Source: a virus. From it: 64,000 nucleotides of DNA. The position numbers were made by a program, and so were the translations under genes. Positions 55,284-64,000 of the stretch are shown in pieces. The notes below the pieces were generated by a model that worked only from the letters and a program-made list of their open reading frames with translations, did no database searches and was not told where the DNA came from. The stretch is taken from the IMG/VR virus record IMGVR_UViG_3300026116_000002, positions 10,888 to 74,887 of that record; one strand, written 5' to 3'. Numbering within the stretch: the stretch's first letter is position 1; the number at the start of each line of letters is the position of its first letter.

Positions 55284-55602
55284 CCCTCCACCACGCTCCG
55301 CGCGTATCCCTCTCTCGCCTTATGTCCTCGGCGCACACCGAGCATACAATGTCGTAGCCGGTCAGGTAGCCCGTAGTTCCGATCTCGTGTAGGCAACGCG
55401 AACATGGCCCTTGAGACTGCTCGAAGTCGACACGCATCGCGAGGAAACGAAAAGGCTTCTTCTTGTCGACAGGCTCATCCTTGCCGTCGCCTCTTGAACT
55501 CATGCCGTCAGGGGCTACCGCTTCGACTTCAAGCCCGTCGAAGGCTACGGTTAGCTCTGCCCCTTTGTGGCTTTTGACTTTTGACTTGCTAGCCTTAGCC
55601 AT
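55270..55602 (-). CDS. hypothetical zinc-finger protein
   Basis: CSRC...CSVC. Confidence 0.6.
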   Translation of the reverse strand: MAKASKSKVKSHKGAELTVAFDGLEVEAVAPDGMSSRGDGKDEPVDKKKPFRFLAMRVDFEQSQGPCSRCLHEIGTTGYLTGYDIVCSVCAEDIRRERDTRGAWWRVADG

Positions 55603-55682
55603 TGATCTCGCGCGCCGGTACCGGGCCAGGACCGGAGAAGTGCTTCTCGCCGGTGAAGGCGTCTTCGAATAGCTGAAGTTGT

Positions 55683-56321
55683 TTACGAGACTTCTTGGCA
55701 GGCTTTACTGCGAGAAGCGACGATACGCGCGGCCTCGGCTATCTTGCGGTCCTGTTCCGCTCGCTTGCGCTCCTCGGGCGTGAGCCGCAGGTTGGCGATT
55801 ACTTCTTGGCGCTTGGGGTCTACATCGACAATAAGGCCAAGGTAATGCGCCCCAATCCTTGCCAAGTACAACGCGTCGGCCTCATTGTCGTCGATGTCTT
55901 GGTCAAACCCGAACTCGGACCTTGCCAGATTGACTGCTGACCTCTTCAGTACCTCTGTGCCGTCCCTCGTGCTCATCTTGCCACGGCTCATATAGGCGAT
56001 CCGCGATGCAGGCGGTACAACCAGTACCGGCACATTCCGCTCGAAGGCTGTGAGTTCAAGTACGGCAAACAGCCCCCCGAGCGACAAGGCATCACTGATA
56101 CCAGCAGGAGACCGACCTTCCAAGACAAGGAGGTCTGTGCCGATAGCCAGTTCTTCGGCTAACTGCTTCTTGATCCAGTCGAGCCTTGCTATTCCCTTGA
56201 GCTTCTTGACTTCACCGATGTCGGTGCGCCAGTTATCGCAACCATAGATGCCGTCGCCACAATAATAAGCTAGTCCGCTATTGACAAGGCTTTGGTCCAG
56301 TCCGGTTACTCTCATGGTCAT
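55683..56321 (-). CDS. RuvC-like Holliday junction resolvase
   Basis: VTGLDQSLVNSG, LVLEG, DDNEADA. Confidence 0.85.
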   Translation of the reverse strand: MTMRVTGLDQSLVNSGLAYYCGDGIYGCDNWRTDIGEVKKLKGIARLDWIKKQLAEELAIGTDLLVLEGRSPAGISDALSLGGLFAVLELTAFERNVPVLVVPPASRIAYMSRGKMSTRDGTEVLKRSAVNLARSEFGFDQDIDDNEADALYLARIGAHYLGLIVDVDPKRQEVIANLRLTPEERKRAEQDRKIAEAARIVASRSKACQEVS

Positions 56322-57298
56322 CCTTTCGGGCAATAAACGTATCCGTGCATCGTTTTTGCGTACACTCCTTGCCCCGTGTACTTGTGTCGCGCATCCCATA
56401 TACTGTAAAGGTCAGAGGAAAGTTGATCGGCCTTAGCCACAATCAACGCCTCTGGGGTCATTGGCTTTACCGGGCTTCCATGCTCAAGCTCTTGATGGTG
56501 CGAACATAAAATGTGAATGAGTTCATCGTATAGTTCGCAAAAACCGATACCTGAGTCAAAGACAGCTTTTGTAATCATTTGAACCCCGATGACTATATGG
56601 CCGTGTAATCCACCAACGCCAATATCGAATGCGGCATTCTGCGTCTCGACGTACTCCTTGACCTTACCAATGTCATGCAAAAGCGCTCCTGCGATCACTA
56701 GTGATCGGTTGATCTCCTCCGGGTACGAGTGGTTTCCGCGTACGCAGCAGATCGCATCCGCATACTCAGCCACCTCGACGCTATGCTGAAGTAGCCCGTG
56801 CTTGACCGCGTGATGCACGGACTTCGCCGCAGGCCACCGCATCCAGTCTTGGCCGTCTTTCGAGCGCAGGACCGTCTTCACGAGTGCATTGAGCCACGGG
56901 TCGGTTATCAGGTCGACGAGGTTGCGCATGTCCTGCATAAGCTCGTCGTAGCTCTTAGCAGCGACCGGGATGAAGTCGGAGGCGTCGGTGTCAGCCGCCG
57001 AAGCCACTGACACACGCGAGATATTGAGTTGGCGCGGCCCCTTGCCGGGATTGGCCTTGTCTTTCGGGTACTCCTCGACCACGCCTTCGGCCACGATAAT
57101 ACATCCTTGAGCGCATGTTGTGAAATCCGATGCGGTCGCTTTCCACTTATTGCCCTTGAGTTCGCCGGTGCGATCGCGGAGCGTGATGAGCATGAATGGC
57201 TGACCGGTTACGGTTTTACGCTCCTCGGTGGAGACAACTTGGAACTGATCGCAGAACGTTTGACCGATGGTTAGGTCTTCGATGTGGGTGTTCTTCAT
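56318..57298 (-). CDS. OB-fold + HD-domain protein (YhaM-like)
   Basis: ITLRDRTG, PAAKSVHHA..GLLQHS, LLHDIGK, HILCSHH. Confidence 0.9.
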   Translation of the reverse strand: MKNTHIEDLTIGQTFCDQFQVVSTEERKTVTGQPFMLITLRDRTGELKGNKWKATASDFTTCAQGCIIVAEGVVEEYPKDKANPGKGPRQLNISRVSVASAADTDASDFIPVAAKSYDELMQDMRNLVDLITDPWLNALVKTVLRSKDGQDWMRWPAAKSVHHAVKHGLLQHSVEVAEYADAICCVRGNHSYPEEINRSLVIAGALLHDIGKVKEYVETQNAAFDIGVGGLHGHIVIGVQMITKAVFDSGIGFCELYDELIHILCSHHQELEHGSPVKPMTPEALIVAKADQLSSDLYSIWDARHKYTGQGVYAKTMHGYVYCPKG

Positions 57299-57660
57299 CA
57301 GTACTTCTTTCCGCCATCAGCCTTACGCTGCTCGATCTTGTGGTCTGCGCGATGCGCATTAAACTCCATCTTTTCGGTGAACGCGCCACCAAGATCAAGC
57401 CCTAATCCAGCGCCAAGGTCGAATATCCGAATCATGGCGTCGGCAAGCTCTACCTCCAGCATACTACGGTGCGGCAACTTATCATCCATGAGGTTTTTAC
57501 GATGACCCTCCATCGCCTCGGCAAGCTCTGACACAATAAGCATCAGCAGTTCCCCTACATTGCGCTCCTTGCGCTCCATAGTGTTCAAGTCAAGCCACCA
57601 GTTCTTATTGGCCTCGTGGCACTCTGCGGCTAATTCGTTAATCTTGTCGGCGTTGGTCAT
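57298..57660 (-). CDS. MazG-like NTP pyrophosphohydrolase
   Basis: LIVSELAEAMEG...EVELADAMIRIFD. Confidence 0.85.
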   Translation of the reverse strand: MTNADKINELAAECHEANKNWWLDLNTMERKERNVGELLMLIVSELAEAMEGHRKNLMDDKLPHRSMLEVELADAMIRIFDLGAGLGLDLGGAFTEKMEFNAHRADHKIEQRKADGGKKY

Positions 57661-57705
57661 TGTGATCTCCTTCCGTCTTATGCGTTTCTTTTTAGTAGGT
57701 TTGCT

Positions 57706-57990
57706 TCATGGGTATCGCTTAAATCCTATGGACGTATAATGCTCGTCACGTTCGGCAAGTATGGCGTCGGCTTCAGCGCCTTTTACTCTCAGATATTCGT
57801 TCTCGTTGGTGCACGATATGCTTCCGTCGAGGTCGACCGATACGGCCTTTACTGTGAAATCCAAGTCGCCGTCATAACCGCCAATGAACAGCCCCGGAAA
57901 CGGCGCGAATGGCAGGTCGACAGTTTGCACGTAATCGACAGTGCGCATGCCCATATAACTATAGATCGAGTGGAATAGGTCGACTTTCAA
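57706..57990 (-). CDS. hypothetical protein
   Basis: TTG start with GGAGG RBS overlapping upstream stop. Confidence 0.65.
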   Translation of the reverse strand: MKVDLFHSIYSYMGMRTVDYVQTVDLPFAPFPGLFIGGYDGDLDFTVKAVSVDLDGSISCTNENEYLRVKGAEADAILAERDEHYTSIGFKRYP

Positions 57991-58238
57991 TCGCAAACCT
58001 CCACAGACAACTTCAGCACAATCTTGTCTGTCCAGTCGGCATTGCAATTGTCGCACCAGAAAGTCACATCTTCAGGCGCTCCGATTACCGGGTATGACAG
58101 GTAGTCAGTAGATAGGTCTTGCGTGTAGGTTTTATTGCAAGCGGGGCAATCTGCGGTGACAACAACTCCGGGCACATAAAATCGCTTTACGTCAATACTG
58201 CAACCGTCAGCCGGGCTACCGGTAACTGATGGGTTCAT
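57987..58238 (-). CDS. small zinc-ribbon protein
   Basis: CPAC...CDNC. Confidence 0.7.
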   Translation of the reverse strand: MNPSVTGSPADGCSIDVKRFYVPGVVVTADCPACNKTYTQDLSTDYLSYPVIGAPEDVTFWCDNCNADWTDKIVLKLSVEVCD

Positions 58239-58777
58239 GATAGTTTCCTTTCCAAGCACTCCAGCCAAAACAGCATACGGCACGCGGCATGCTTGGCGTG
58301 CTCGATTACTTCGCCTTCCTGCGTGTCTCCAGTCTGGAACGCAAAGATGTGCTGCATGGCGTGGTTCAGGTGGTCTTTGGCGTCTATGTTCAGGTAAGAG
58401 CCTTCGCCATACTTGACTGCGCCATGCGCCATGATCTCAGCAATATCGGCACAGGCAAGTGGTGGCAATAGATCAAAGCGGTAAGGTGAATGGCTTTGAC
58501 CCGCACCCTTGTCGTTGTAGACTACGGGAACGTCGGGGCCGACGCCTTTCAGGTTAATACTGATCTTTGAGCCTTGCCATGAGTCGTTGATGGACTTCAC
58601 GGCCCCGCGCTGTTCGCCGGTGAACTCGTCAGGCTGACCCGTAGGCTTCGAGTCCTCGGTAATGTTGATCCTCGGCACATAGCGAACGCAAACGCAATCG
58701 CGAATGCAGCAGGCGGCGTCGGAAGATGGTTCGTGAACGCCTAATGCGTGTCCACATCGGCACATGTCGGTCATCAT
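58235..58777 (-). CDS. dATP/dGTP diphosphohydrolase-domain protein (DUF5664-like)
   Basis: RFDLLPP...GAVKYG...H...HAKHAACRMLF. Confidence 0.8.
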   Translation of the reverse strand: MMTDMCRCGHALGVHEPSSDAACCIRDCVCVRYVPRINITEDSKPTGQPDEFTGEQRGAVKSINDSWQGSKISINLKGVGPDVPVVYNDKGAGQSHSPYRFDLLPPLACADIAEIMAHGAVKYGEGSYLNIDAKDHLNHAMQHIFAFQTGDTQEGEVIEHAKHAACRMLFWLECLERKLS

Positions 58778-59511
58778 GGGGCTACCCTTCCATTCTTGAT
58801 AAACGTTGCGTACGTGATAGGCCATAGCTCGGCAAAGATCGCTTCAACCTTGCGAGCCGCTATGTCGATTTCCCACAGCGGATAGGACACCTTGGCGGCG
58901 TCAGGGTCGTGAACGCGCAGGGACAGGAAGTTCATGAGCGCTCGCGGGTTGACGGTGACCCAACACGAGGAGTAGATACCTACGGGCAGGATGTCCCGCA
59001 CCAGACCGCGATCGTACTGAGGTTGCTTTTGGTCAGGCCCAAGTAGGGTAGCATACGTCTCATAAGCGTCCTCGTACGAGCTTGTCATTGCGTTAACCAG
59101 GGCGTCATATTCTGCGTCGGTCGGCAATCTAAAGTTCGGCCTTGCCGACTTAAAACCGTCGCATGGGATCATCGGGCGATCCTGATCCGGGATATAGAAG
59201 ACCGGCTCAAGTTGTCGGTACCTTGCGCTCTCCTCGTTGTAACTCGCTAATCGGTGTCGGTGCCATTCGCGCCACACACAGATCGGGGCGTGGACAAAGA
59301 GCGTAATCGCTCCGTGCTCAAACGGCGATCCGTGCCGGTGTGCCATAAGGTAGTTGATAAGGCCCGAAACATCGTCCTTGAACTCGTCCAGCGCCCATAG
59401 TAGCGCTTCGTCAGGATCGGTTGATACCTTAGCCGCTGCCACTACCATATGATCGCCGCCCATACTTTGTATGAGCCGGACGGTAATCTCTGATGTCGTG
59501 ATAATCTGCAC
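58774..59511 (-). CDS. thyX: FAD-dependent thymidylate synthase
   Basis: HGSPFEH and RHRLASYNEESARY signature, NFLSLR. Confidence 0.95.
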   Translation of the reverse strand: MQIITTSEITVRLIQSMGGDHMVVAAAKVSTDPDEALLWALDEFKDDVSGLINYLMAHRHGSPFEHGAITLFVHAPICVWREWHRHRLASYNEESARYRQLEPVFYIPDQDRPMIPCDGFKSARPNFRLPTDAEYDALVNAMTSSYEDAYETYATLLGPDQKQPQYDRGLVRDILPVGIYSSCWVTVNPRALMNFLSLRVHDPDAAKVSYPLWEIDIAARKVEAIFAELWPITYATFIKNGRVAP

Positions 59512-60332
59512 TACTCTTCCTCATTCCTGAAAACCCCCTCGGGGTCGTCACTGTTAAACGTCGTGTCGATGTGGTCGCCGTCATCGTCAGGAGCCTCTAG
59601 CTGCTTCTGAGTGCCAGTAGCAAGCTGCTGCGGCGTTGGCGCAGTGAGGCGTGCCGCCTCGATCTCCTGCATGCTCTGCGTGAGGCGCACGACCGGGACT
59701 GGGTACGGCTGACCGTCCGTGTTTTTGCGCTGCTCGATTGCGAGCGTGCACGGGACGTACATGCGGCCCTCGCCTAACGCGGACTGGATGAACTCGACGG
59801 TCAGCGGAAGTTCCTCGGCGGCGTGCTCGCCGCGTGTGTCCAGTCGCCACACGCCGATGTCGGGCACGCTCGGGATCATGAACGAGAACCGAGTGACGAG
59901 CTTGCACGCCTTGTTCACCTTCGCGGCCTCGTAGCGCTCCGAGTCGTCCGGGTAAATCTTCTTGCAGTGGCAGGGCTTGCCGAGCATCGGAGATTTGCGC
60001 GGGCCACAGATTTCCTCTCCGTTACACCGAAGCACGCAGGAGCCTTTGTCCCAGTGCTCCCGCCACTGCGAAGCCTCGATCGACGTGACCGCAATCGGTA
60101 TCTCGGTGCGCTCGGTGATGAGCTTGAACTTGTCGACTGAGCCTTCGGGGAAGTCCGTGACAGTCCCGCCAAACTGAGCCGCCGCGTGCTCAAGCGCCCA
60201 CTTGTCAGGGCTGGTGAGAATGATCGTCTTCGAGCGATTGGGCCTCTTGCCACCACGCGACCCTGGGGTGCTAAACCCAAGGCGCACGGTGCCAAGCTGC
60301 CGCATCTTTCGTTGCACGTTGATGACTGGCAT
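59511..60332 (-). CDS. phage recombination-directionality-factor (gp3-like) family protein
   Basis: LGTVRLG, RCNGE, CK..TRF.F.IP...IGVWRLDT.G..AA.EL. Confidence 0.75.
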   Translation of the reverse strand: MPVINVQRKMRQLGTVRLGFSTPGSRGGKRPNRSKTIILTSPDKWALEHAAAQFGGTVTDFPEGSVDKFKLITERTEIPIAVTSIEASQWREHWDKGSCVLRCNGEEICGPRKSPMLGKPCHCKKIYPDDSERYEAAKVNKACKLVTRFSFMIPSVPDIGVWRLDTRGEHAAEELPLTVEFIQSALGEGRMYVPCTLAIEQRKNTDGQPYPVPVVRLTQSMQEIEAARLTAPTPQQLATGTQKQLEAPDDDGDHIDTTFNSDDPEGVFRNEEE

Positions 60333-60343
60333 GGCGAACTCCC

Positions 60344-60643
60344 TTACGCCCCTGCTGGCGTCTCGCCGTCGACCTTACCGCGCTTGCCCTTCTCAGGCTC
60401 CTGCGGCGGTTCAGGCTCGGTTGTCGTGCTGCCGCGCGGCGTCTTCTCGGCGGTGTTGCCGATCGCACGAAGCAGGGCGTTCTTGTCGATGTCGGAGTTG
60501 GCCGGGATAGCGATCTCGATTGGGATGACCGCACCATCTTTGCCGATGAGGTTGAGCTTTGTGATGACCTCGGCCTTTTGGTCCTCGGTGATTTTGCGAC
60601 CGGTGAGGTCGCACGTCATGTTGACGATTGTGACAGTAGCCAT
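60344..60643 (-). CDS. hypothetical protein
   Basis: AAGGAGATCAC RBS before ATG 60643. Confidence 0.7.
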   Translation of the reverse strand: MATVTIVNMTCDLTGRKITEDQKAEVITKLNLIGKDGAVIPIEIAIPANSDIDKNALLRAIGNTAEKTPRGSTTTEPEPPQEPEKGKRGKVDGETPAGA

Positions 60644-60707
60644 TGCTGAGTGATCTCCTTGTGGGGGTGCAGTGGCTTCAGGTTCACTGAAGCCACTCAG
60701 AGGCGTA

Positions 60708-61268
60708 TTACTTTGCAAACGGGTCGAACTCAGGGTCGTACTCCGAGTTCGCCGCAGGCGCGGCCTTTGGTGCGGACTTACCGGTCACGATAAGCATCGT
60801 GGCTTCGATCTGTCCCGGCGTGGCAACCTGCGCGGCGTTCGCCATTTCGATCTCGGCTTCGGTAGGGCCGTTGTCCTTTGCGAGCACCCGGACCTCGGCA
60901 GACTTCCAGCCGTTCTCCTGCGTCTTCTTCTGCTTGGTCAGAACAAGGTCGTACTTCGACGGGTCGCCGTGCTGCGCGTAGATGTCACCAATCGTTTCGT
61001 ACACGTCGCCGTTCTCGGTCAGGATGACCGCCTTCGGTTCCATACCAGGCTCAAGGCTGTTATTCTTCAGAATACAGCCCCACGCCGCCTTAACGAACGG
61101 GCGAGCCGCAGTAGCCCCCGGCCCATCGTGCACATATGGTTCGGTCACAAGTCGCACCTTGATCTGCTGACCGACCTCTTTCATGTAAAAGAGTTCCGAG
61201 CCAGTACCCCCACCCTGCGGCAACTTCTTGCCGTAGCCTACTCCGACGTATCCAGTTCCGTTGTCCAT
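60708..61268 (-). CDS. putative single-stranded DNA-binding protein
   Basis: GDPSKYDL beta-rich core and acidic/aromatic tail EYDPEFDPFAK. Confidence 0.6.
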   Translation of the reverse strand: MDNGTGYVGVGYGKKLPQGGGTGSELFYMKEVGQQIKVRLVTEPYVHDGPGATAARPFVKAAWGCILKNNSLEPGMEPKAVILTENGDVYETIGDIYAQHGDPSKYDLVLTKQKKTQENGWKSAEVRVLAKDNGPTEAEIEMANAAQVATPGQIEATMLIVTGKSAPKAAPAANSEYDPEFDPFAK

Positions 61269-61345
61269 TTTTCGATCTCCTTGTTGTTTGAAATGTTCTA
61301 GCTTTGCGCTTTTGCTTGCGCCATCTTCACCGTATCTTCAATCGT

Positions 61346-61471
61346 TTACGCAAGCTTTATAGACTTGGCAATCTCGCGCTCATAGTTGTCTCCGTAGCCG
61401 CAAAACTCTAAGTGCTCTTGCGCTAACACAAGCGCGTCGAGCAATTTTTGCTCCAACTCAGTCAGGGCCAT
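61346..61471 (-). CDS. small hypothetical protein, possibly truncated by premature TAA
   Basis: AAGGAG RBS; frame stays open for 15 more codons after the stop. Confidence 0.5.
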   Translation of the reverse strand: MALTELEQKLLDALVLAQEHLEFCGYGDNYEREIAKSIKLA

Positions 61472-61781
61472 CTTGCTCTCCTTCGGATAACTCCAGAAAT
61501 CGCCTTGCGGCCTCTTGTTCGATAACCGCGCGACCGGCGTACGGGTCTTCTAAGAACTTGTGGACCATCGGGCGGTCGTACAGGTCGTACTTAGTGCCGT
61601 CAGGGTCTTCTTTGTAGGACTCGTCGCAGTAGTCGCACCGCTCGCAGGTGATATGCCCCATCACCGAGAACGTGCCGTCACCGTTATCAAGTAGGTGCGG
61701 TATCCAGCCGTAAGACTTACTGACAACCTCCCTCGCCTTCGCTTCGTCCCATCGTGGTCTATCTTCTTGCTTATTCGTCAT
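61458..61781 (-). CDS. hypothetical protein
   Basis: AAGGAG RBS before ATG 61781. Confidence 0.65.
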   Translation of the reverse strand: MTNKQEDRPRWDEAKAREVVSKSYGWIPHLLDNGDGTFSVMGHITCERCDYCDESYKEDPDGTKYDLYDRPMVHKFLEDPYAGRAVIEQEAARRFLELSEGEQDGPD

Positions 61782-62922
61782 CAATCTGCTCCTTATCCGC
61801 CCTCGGTGGTCGATTAGTGCACTTTTCAATCGTGCGCGGGTTGATCGCATGCCGTTTGCCGTCCTCGCCTAAGACCGGCTTGACACGGGGCATGGTCAGC
61901 AGGAGGAGCGATGAGAACGCCGCGAAGTCTTTGTCGCGCTCCTCGGGGATCACCTTGCCTTTCTTGTCGGTCCACCACTCACGCAGAATTGCGCCTTCGG
62001 TGCCGATGTAGAGGTTCGCCGTGTGGTCAGGCTTCGTCAGCGGTTCAAGTGAGTTGGCGTTCATGATCGCCGCAAACTCGGCGTAGTAGTAGGCCGATAA
62101 CTGGATGCGGTGGCTGTCGTAGTGCTTCGAACTTGTCTTGGCGTCGATGCGCCATATGCCCTCTGCGTTCTTTAGCTCCACGTCAAGGTCGACCGTGCCA
62201 GCGTAGCCGACCGTGCGGTTGAACACGGCGGTCTCGGCCATGTGTACAGCCTTGACATGCATGTCTAGCCATCGTAGCGCCTGCTGCACATGTTTCCAGC
62301 AAGCTTCCGGCTCGACGTAGAACTTGCCTCTGCGCCTGCGTTCGTCCTCAATGATGTCGAGCGTGTACTGCCACACTTGCCGCTCGTCGTCGTAGTCGAT
62401 CATCTGACCTCCACCGACGAACTTGTACACCCACTCCTCGATCGCGTCGTGTACAACGGTCCCACGGGCCGCTACGCGATTAAGTTCGCGCCAGCCAGCG
62501 CCCTCGATCCATTGACGATCCAGTAGCAACTCAAGAGGGTTAACCTCGACCATGCAGTTTTGCTCATGGTTCCACCGGCTATATGTTCGCTGTGAATTGA
62601 TCACTTCCAGTAGAGCACTGCGCCAGTCCGCGTTAAGCGGCTTCTTGTCAATCAGTACCGATCGCAATATTGAGACCATGCACTGCAAGCCGCTCATATT
62701 TGCAAGCTTACCAAGCTCCACGGTATGCTTTGACTGCCACACCTCCCGGACCTTGCCAAAGCTCTCAAGCGACTCAAGCACGGATGACACAGCCGGGAAC
62801 TGCTCGACAACATCGCCAGGGCGCTGCCAGAACGGATGAGGCCAAACGTAACACTTGAGTTCGTCGTCCCGGAAGTCGGTGCCGGTTGTCGGTAGGCGGG
62901 GCGGGTTCTGGTTAGTGCTCAT
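61771..62922 (-). CDS. PD-(D/E)XK exonuclease (Cas4/RecB-like)
   Basis: RGTVVHDAIE, E..VF..YAGTVD, IDAKTS, QLSAY. Confidence 0.88.
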   Translation of the reverse strand: MSTNQNPPRLPTTGTDFRDDELKCYVWPHPFWQRPGDVVEQFPAVSSVLESLESFGKVREVWQSKHTVELGKLANMSGLQCMVSILRSVLIDKKPLNADWRSALLEVINSQRTYSRWNHEQNCMVEVNPLELLLDRQWIEGAGWRELNRVAARGTVVHDAIEEWVYKFVGGGQMIDYDDERQVWQYTLDIIEDERRRRGKFYVEPEACWKHVQQALRWLDMHVKAVHMAETAVFNRTVGYAGTVDLDVELKNAEGIWRIDAKTSSKHYDSHRIQLSAYYYAEFAAIMNANSLEPLTKPDHTANLYIGTEGAILREWWTDKKGKVIPEERDKDFAAFSSLLLLTMPRVKPVLGEDGKRHAINPRTIEKCTNRPPRADKEQIDDE

Positions 62923-63233
62923 ACCTTATTCCTCGGTTTTCGGAACACGAAGTAAGCCTCGTAGCTCTCGTTGTAACCCGGCTTATCGTACTCGACAACC
63001 CACCCTTCATCGCGATAAGCCCCCTCGACATCTAGCCAGTGGCTATCAAAGATTTCCGCCCGTGAATAACCACTAGATGCAAGAATGACGCGTATTACTT
63101 CGTCCTGCCCGACTGTGGCGCTGCCACCATTCCAATTCTTCAATATGAGCGCATTGAACGCATCAAAAACCACGTCCGGTATGCTGTTATTCTTAGCATT
63201 CGCAATGTCGTTTACAGAAATAGGCTTCGACAT
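62919..63233 (-). CDS. conserved phage hypothetical protein
   Basis: IPDVVFDAFN...WLDVEGAYR..GW.V.YDKPGYNESY. Confidence 0.8.
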   Translation of the reverse strand: MSKPISVNDIANAKNNSIPDVVFDAFNALILKNWNGGSATVGQDEVIRVILASSGYSRAEIFDSHWLDVEGAYRDEGWVVEYDKPGYNESYEAYFVFRKPRNKV

Positions 63234-63245
63234 GTGATCTCCTCG

Positions 63246-63596
63246 CTATTTCAGCCAATGCACCGCCGCGACCCCAAGCCCGATCACTAGCGCAACTATC
63301 AGGCCGGTTACGATGAACGTTTTCGGACTGTGCTGCCACTCGTATTTCAGAGAGTCGAGCAGGGTGAAGTCATTGCCGATGACGACTTGGCCGCGCCGGT
63401 AGTCTTCATAGTCCGCGATCCACTCGTCGTACTCGCTCGTGCCCTTGATCGTGTCGAGCGTCGTGCCGCGCGTCAAAAGCCATGATCGAAAGGCTAGATC
63501 GCTACCGCTTTCGTACTGCTCGACACCAACAACGCAGGGGATGTCGGAGTGGCGTGGGATGTTGCCCTGTGTCGATTGCTGGATGGTTTCCTCCAT
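63246..63596 (-). CDS. hypothetical protein with C-terminal TM
   Basis: GGAGG RBS; hydrophobic tail. Confidence 0.7.
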   Translation of the reverse strand: MEETIQQSTQGNIPRHSDIPCVVGVEQYESGSDLAFRSWLLTRGTTLDTIKGTSEYDEWIADYEDYRRGQVVIGNDFTLLDSLKYEWQHSPKTFIVTGLIVALVIGLGVAAVHWLK

Positions 63597-64000
63597 TTAT
63601 AAATCCTCCGGTGACGATTGATTGGTGGAAATGACAAGGTTCCCGCTCGATACATCGGCCTCATACCACACGTTAGCCTCTATACCATTTTCGCCAACCG
63701 TACCAGTAGCGCATCTCGCTACGCTGTTATTGTCGTGGTAGCAAACAATTAAGCATGACTTCCCGGTAATGCTCATTACCCTGCCACCGCGCATTGCAAT
63801 TGCAAAGCCATAGTCGCCGCTGTTCGACGCCGAGCCACTGTAGCCGCTGTTCGACGCCGAGCCACGTGAGCCGCTGTTCGACGCCGAGCCATAGTCGCCG
63901 CTGTTCAACGCCGAGCCATAGTCGCCGCTGTTCGACGCCGAGCCACTGTAGCCGCTGTTCGACGCCGAGCCACTGTAGCCGCTGTTCGACGCCGAGCCAC
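63597..64000 (-). CDS. 9-aa repeat protein (partial, start outside window)
   Basis: Open frame to window end; GSASNSG repeats then VGENGIEANVWY. Confidence 0.8.
   Translation of the reverse strand, partial: GSASNSGYSGSASNSGYSGSASNSGDYGSALNSGDYGSASNSGSRGSASNSGYSGSASNSGDYGFAIAMRGGRVMSITGKSCLIVCYHDNNSVARCATGTVGENGIEANVWYEADVSSGNLVISTNQSSPEDL
63816..64000. repeat. 27-bp coding tandem repeat (at least 7 units)
   Basis: GCCGCTGTTCGACGCCGAGCCA plus 5 variable nt, period 27. Confidence 0.95.

Noticed and set aside
58235-58777. Z-genome (2-aminoadenine) pathway
   Set aside because: No PurZ or associated polymerase in the window; the diphosphohydrolase alone is insufficient
60344-60643. Lsr2-like nucleoid protein
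   Set aside because: Only the first 15 residues resemble it and the C-terminal DNA-binding domain is absent
63816-64000. CRISPR array
   Set aside because: Intervening segments are only 5 nt and recur; the 27-nt period is in frame within a CDS; no cas genes
1-64000. Alternative genetic code, diversity-generating retroelement or prophage att/integrase
   Set aside because: Long genes are intact under code 11 with TAG and TGA used as stops; no reverse transcriptase, TR/VR pair or integrase seen

Overview
The whole 64 kb window is dsDNA tailed-phage sequence with a podovirus-like gene set; no host genes, integrase or DNA polymerase are visible. Layout: small leftward genes with a type II hammerhead ribozyme (1-1.7 kb); terminase small subunit, a strand-asymmetric putative packaging/terminus region and about 7.5 kb of accessory genes under sigma70-like promoters (1.9-10.3 kb); terminase large subunit, portal, scaffold and major capsid (10.4-21.1 kb); a glycosyltransferase/methyltransferase cluster preceded by a tRNA-like RNA (21.2-26.7 kb); adaptor, nozzle, ejection and fibre genes (26.8-48.4 kb); lysis genes (48.4-50.2 kb); and a convergent minus-strand replication/nucleotide arm (primase-polymerase, RuvC-like, HD, MazG-like, dATP/dGTP diphosphohydrolase, ThyX, PD-(D/E)XK nuclease). 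Most notable: (1) a terminase intein whose HNH/zinc-finger homing endonuclease is a separate gene with its own RBS, nested in another reading frame inside the intein; (2) a candidate virion-glycosylation system of five glycosyltransferase-like genes plus a methyltransferase inside the structural module, alongside recurring twin penta-serine motifs in virion proteins; (3) an antisense HNH cassette that apparently replaced the 3' end of its neighbour and left the old end behind; (4) several structured non-coding RNAs. All functional calls come from motif recognition by eye, not database searches.
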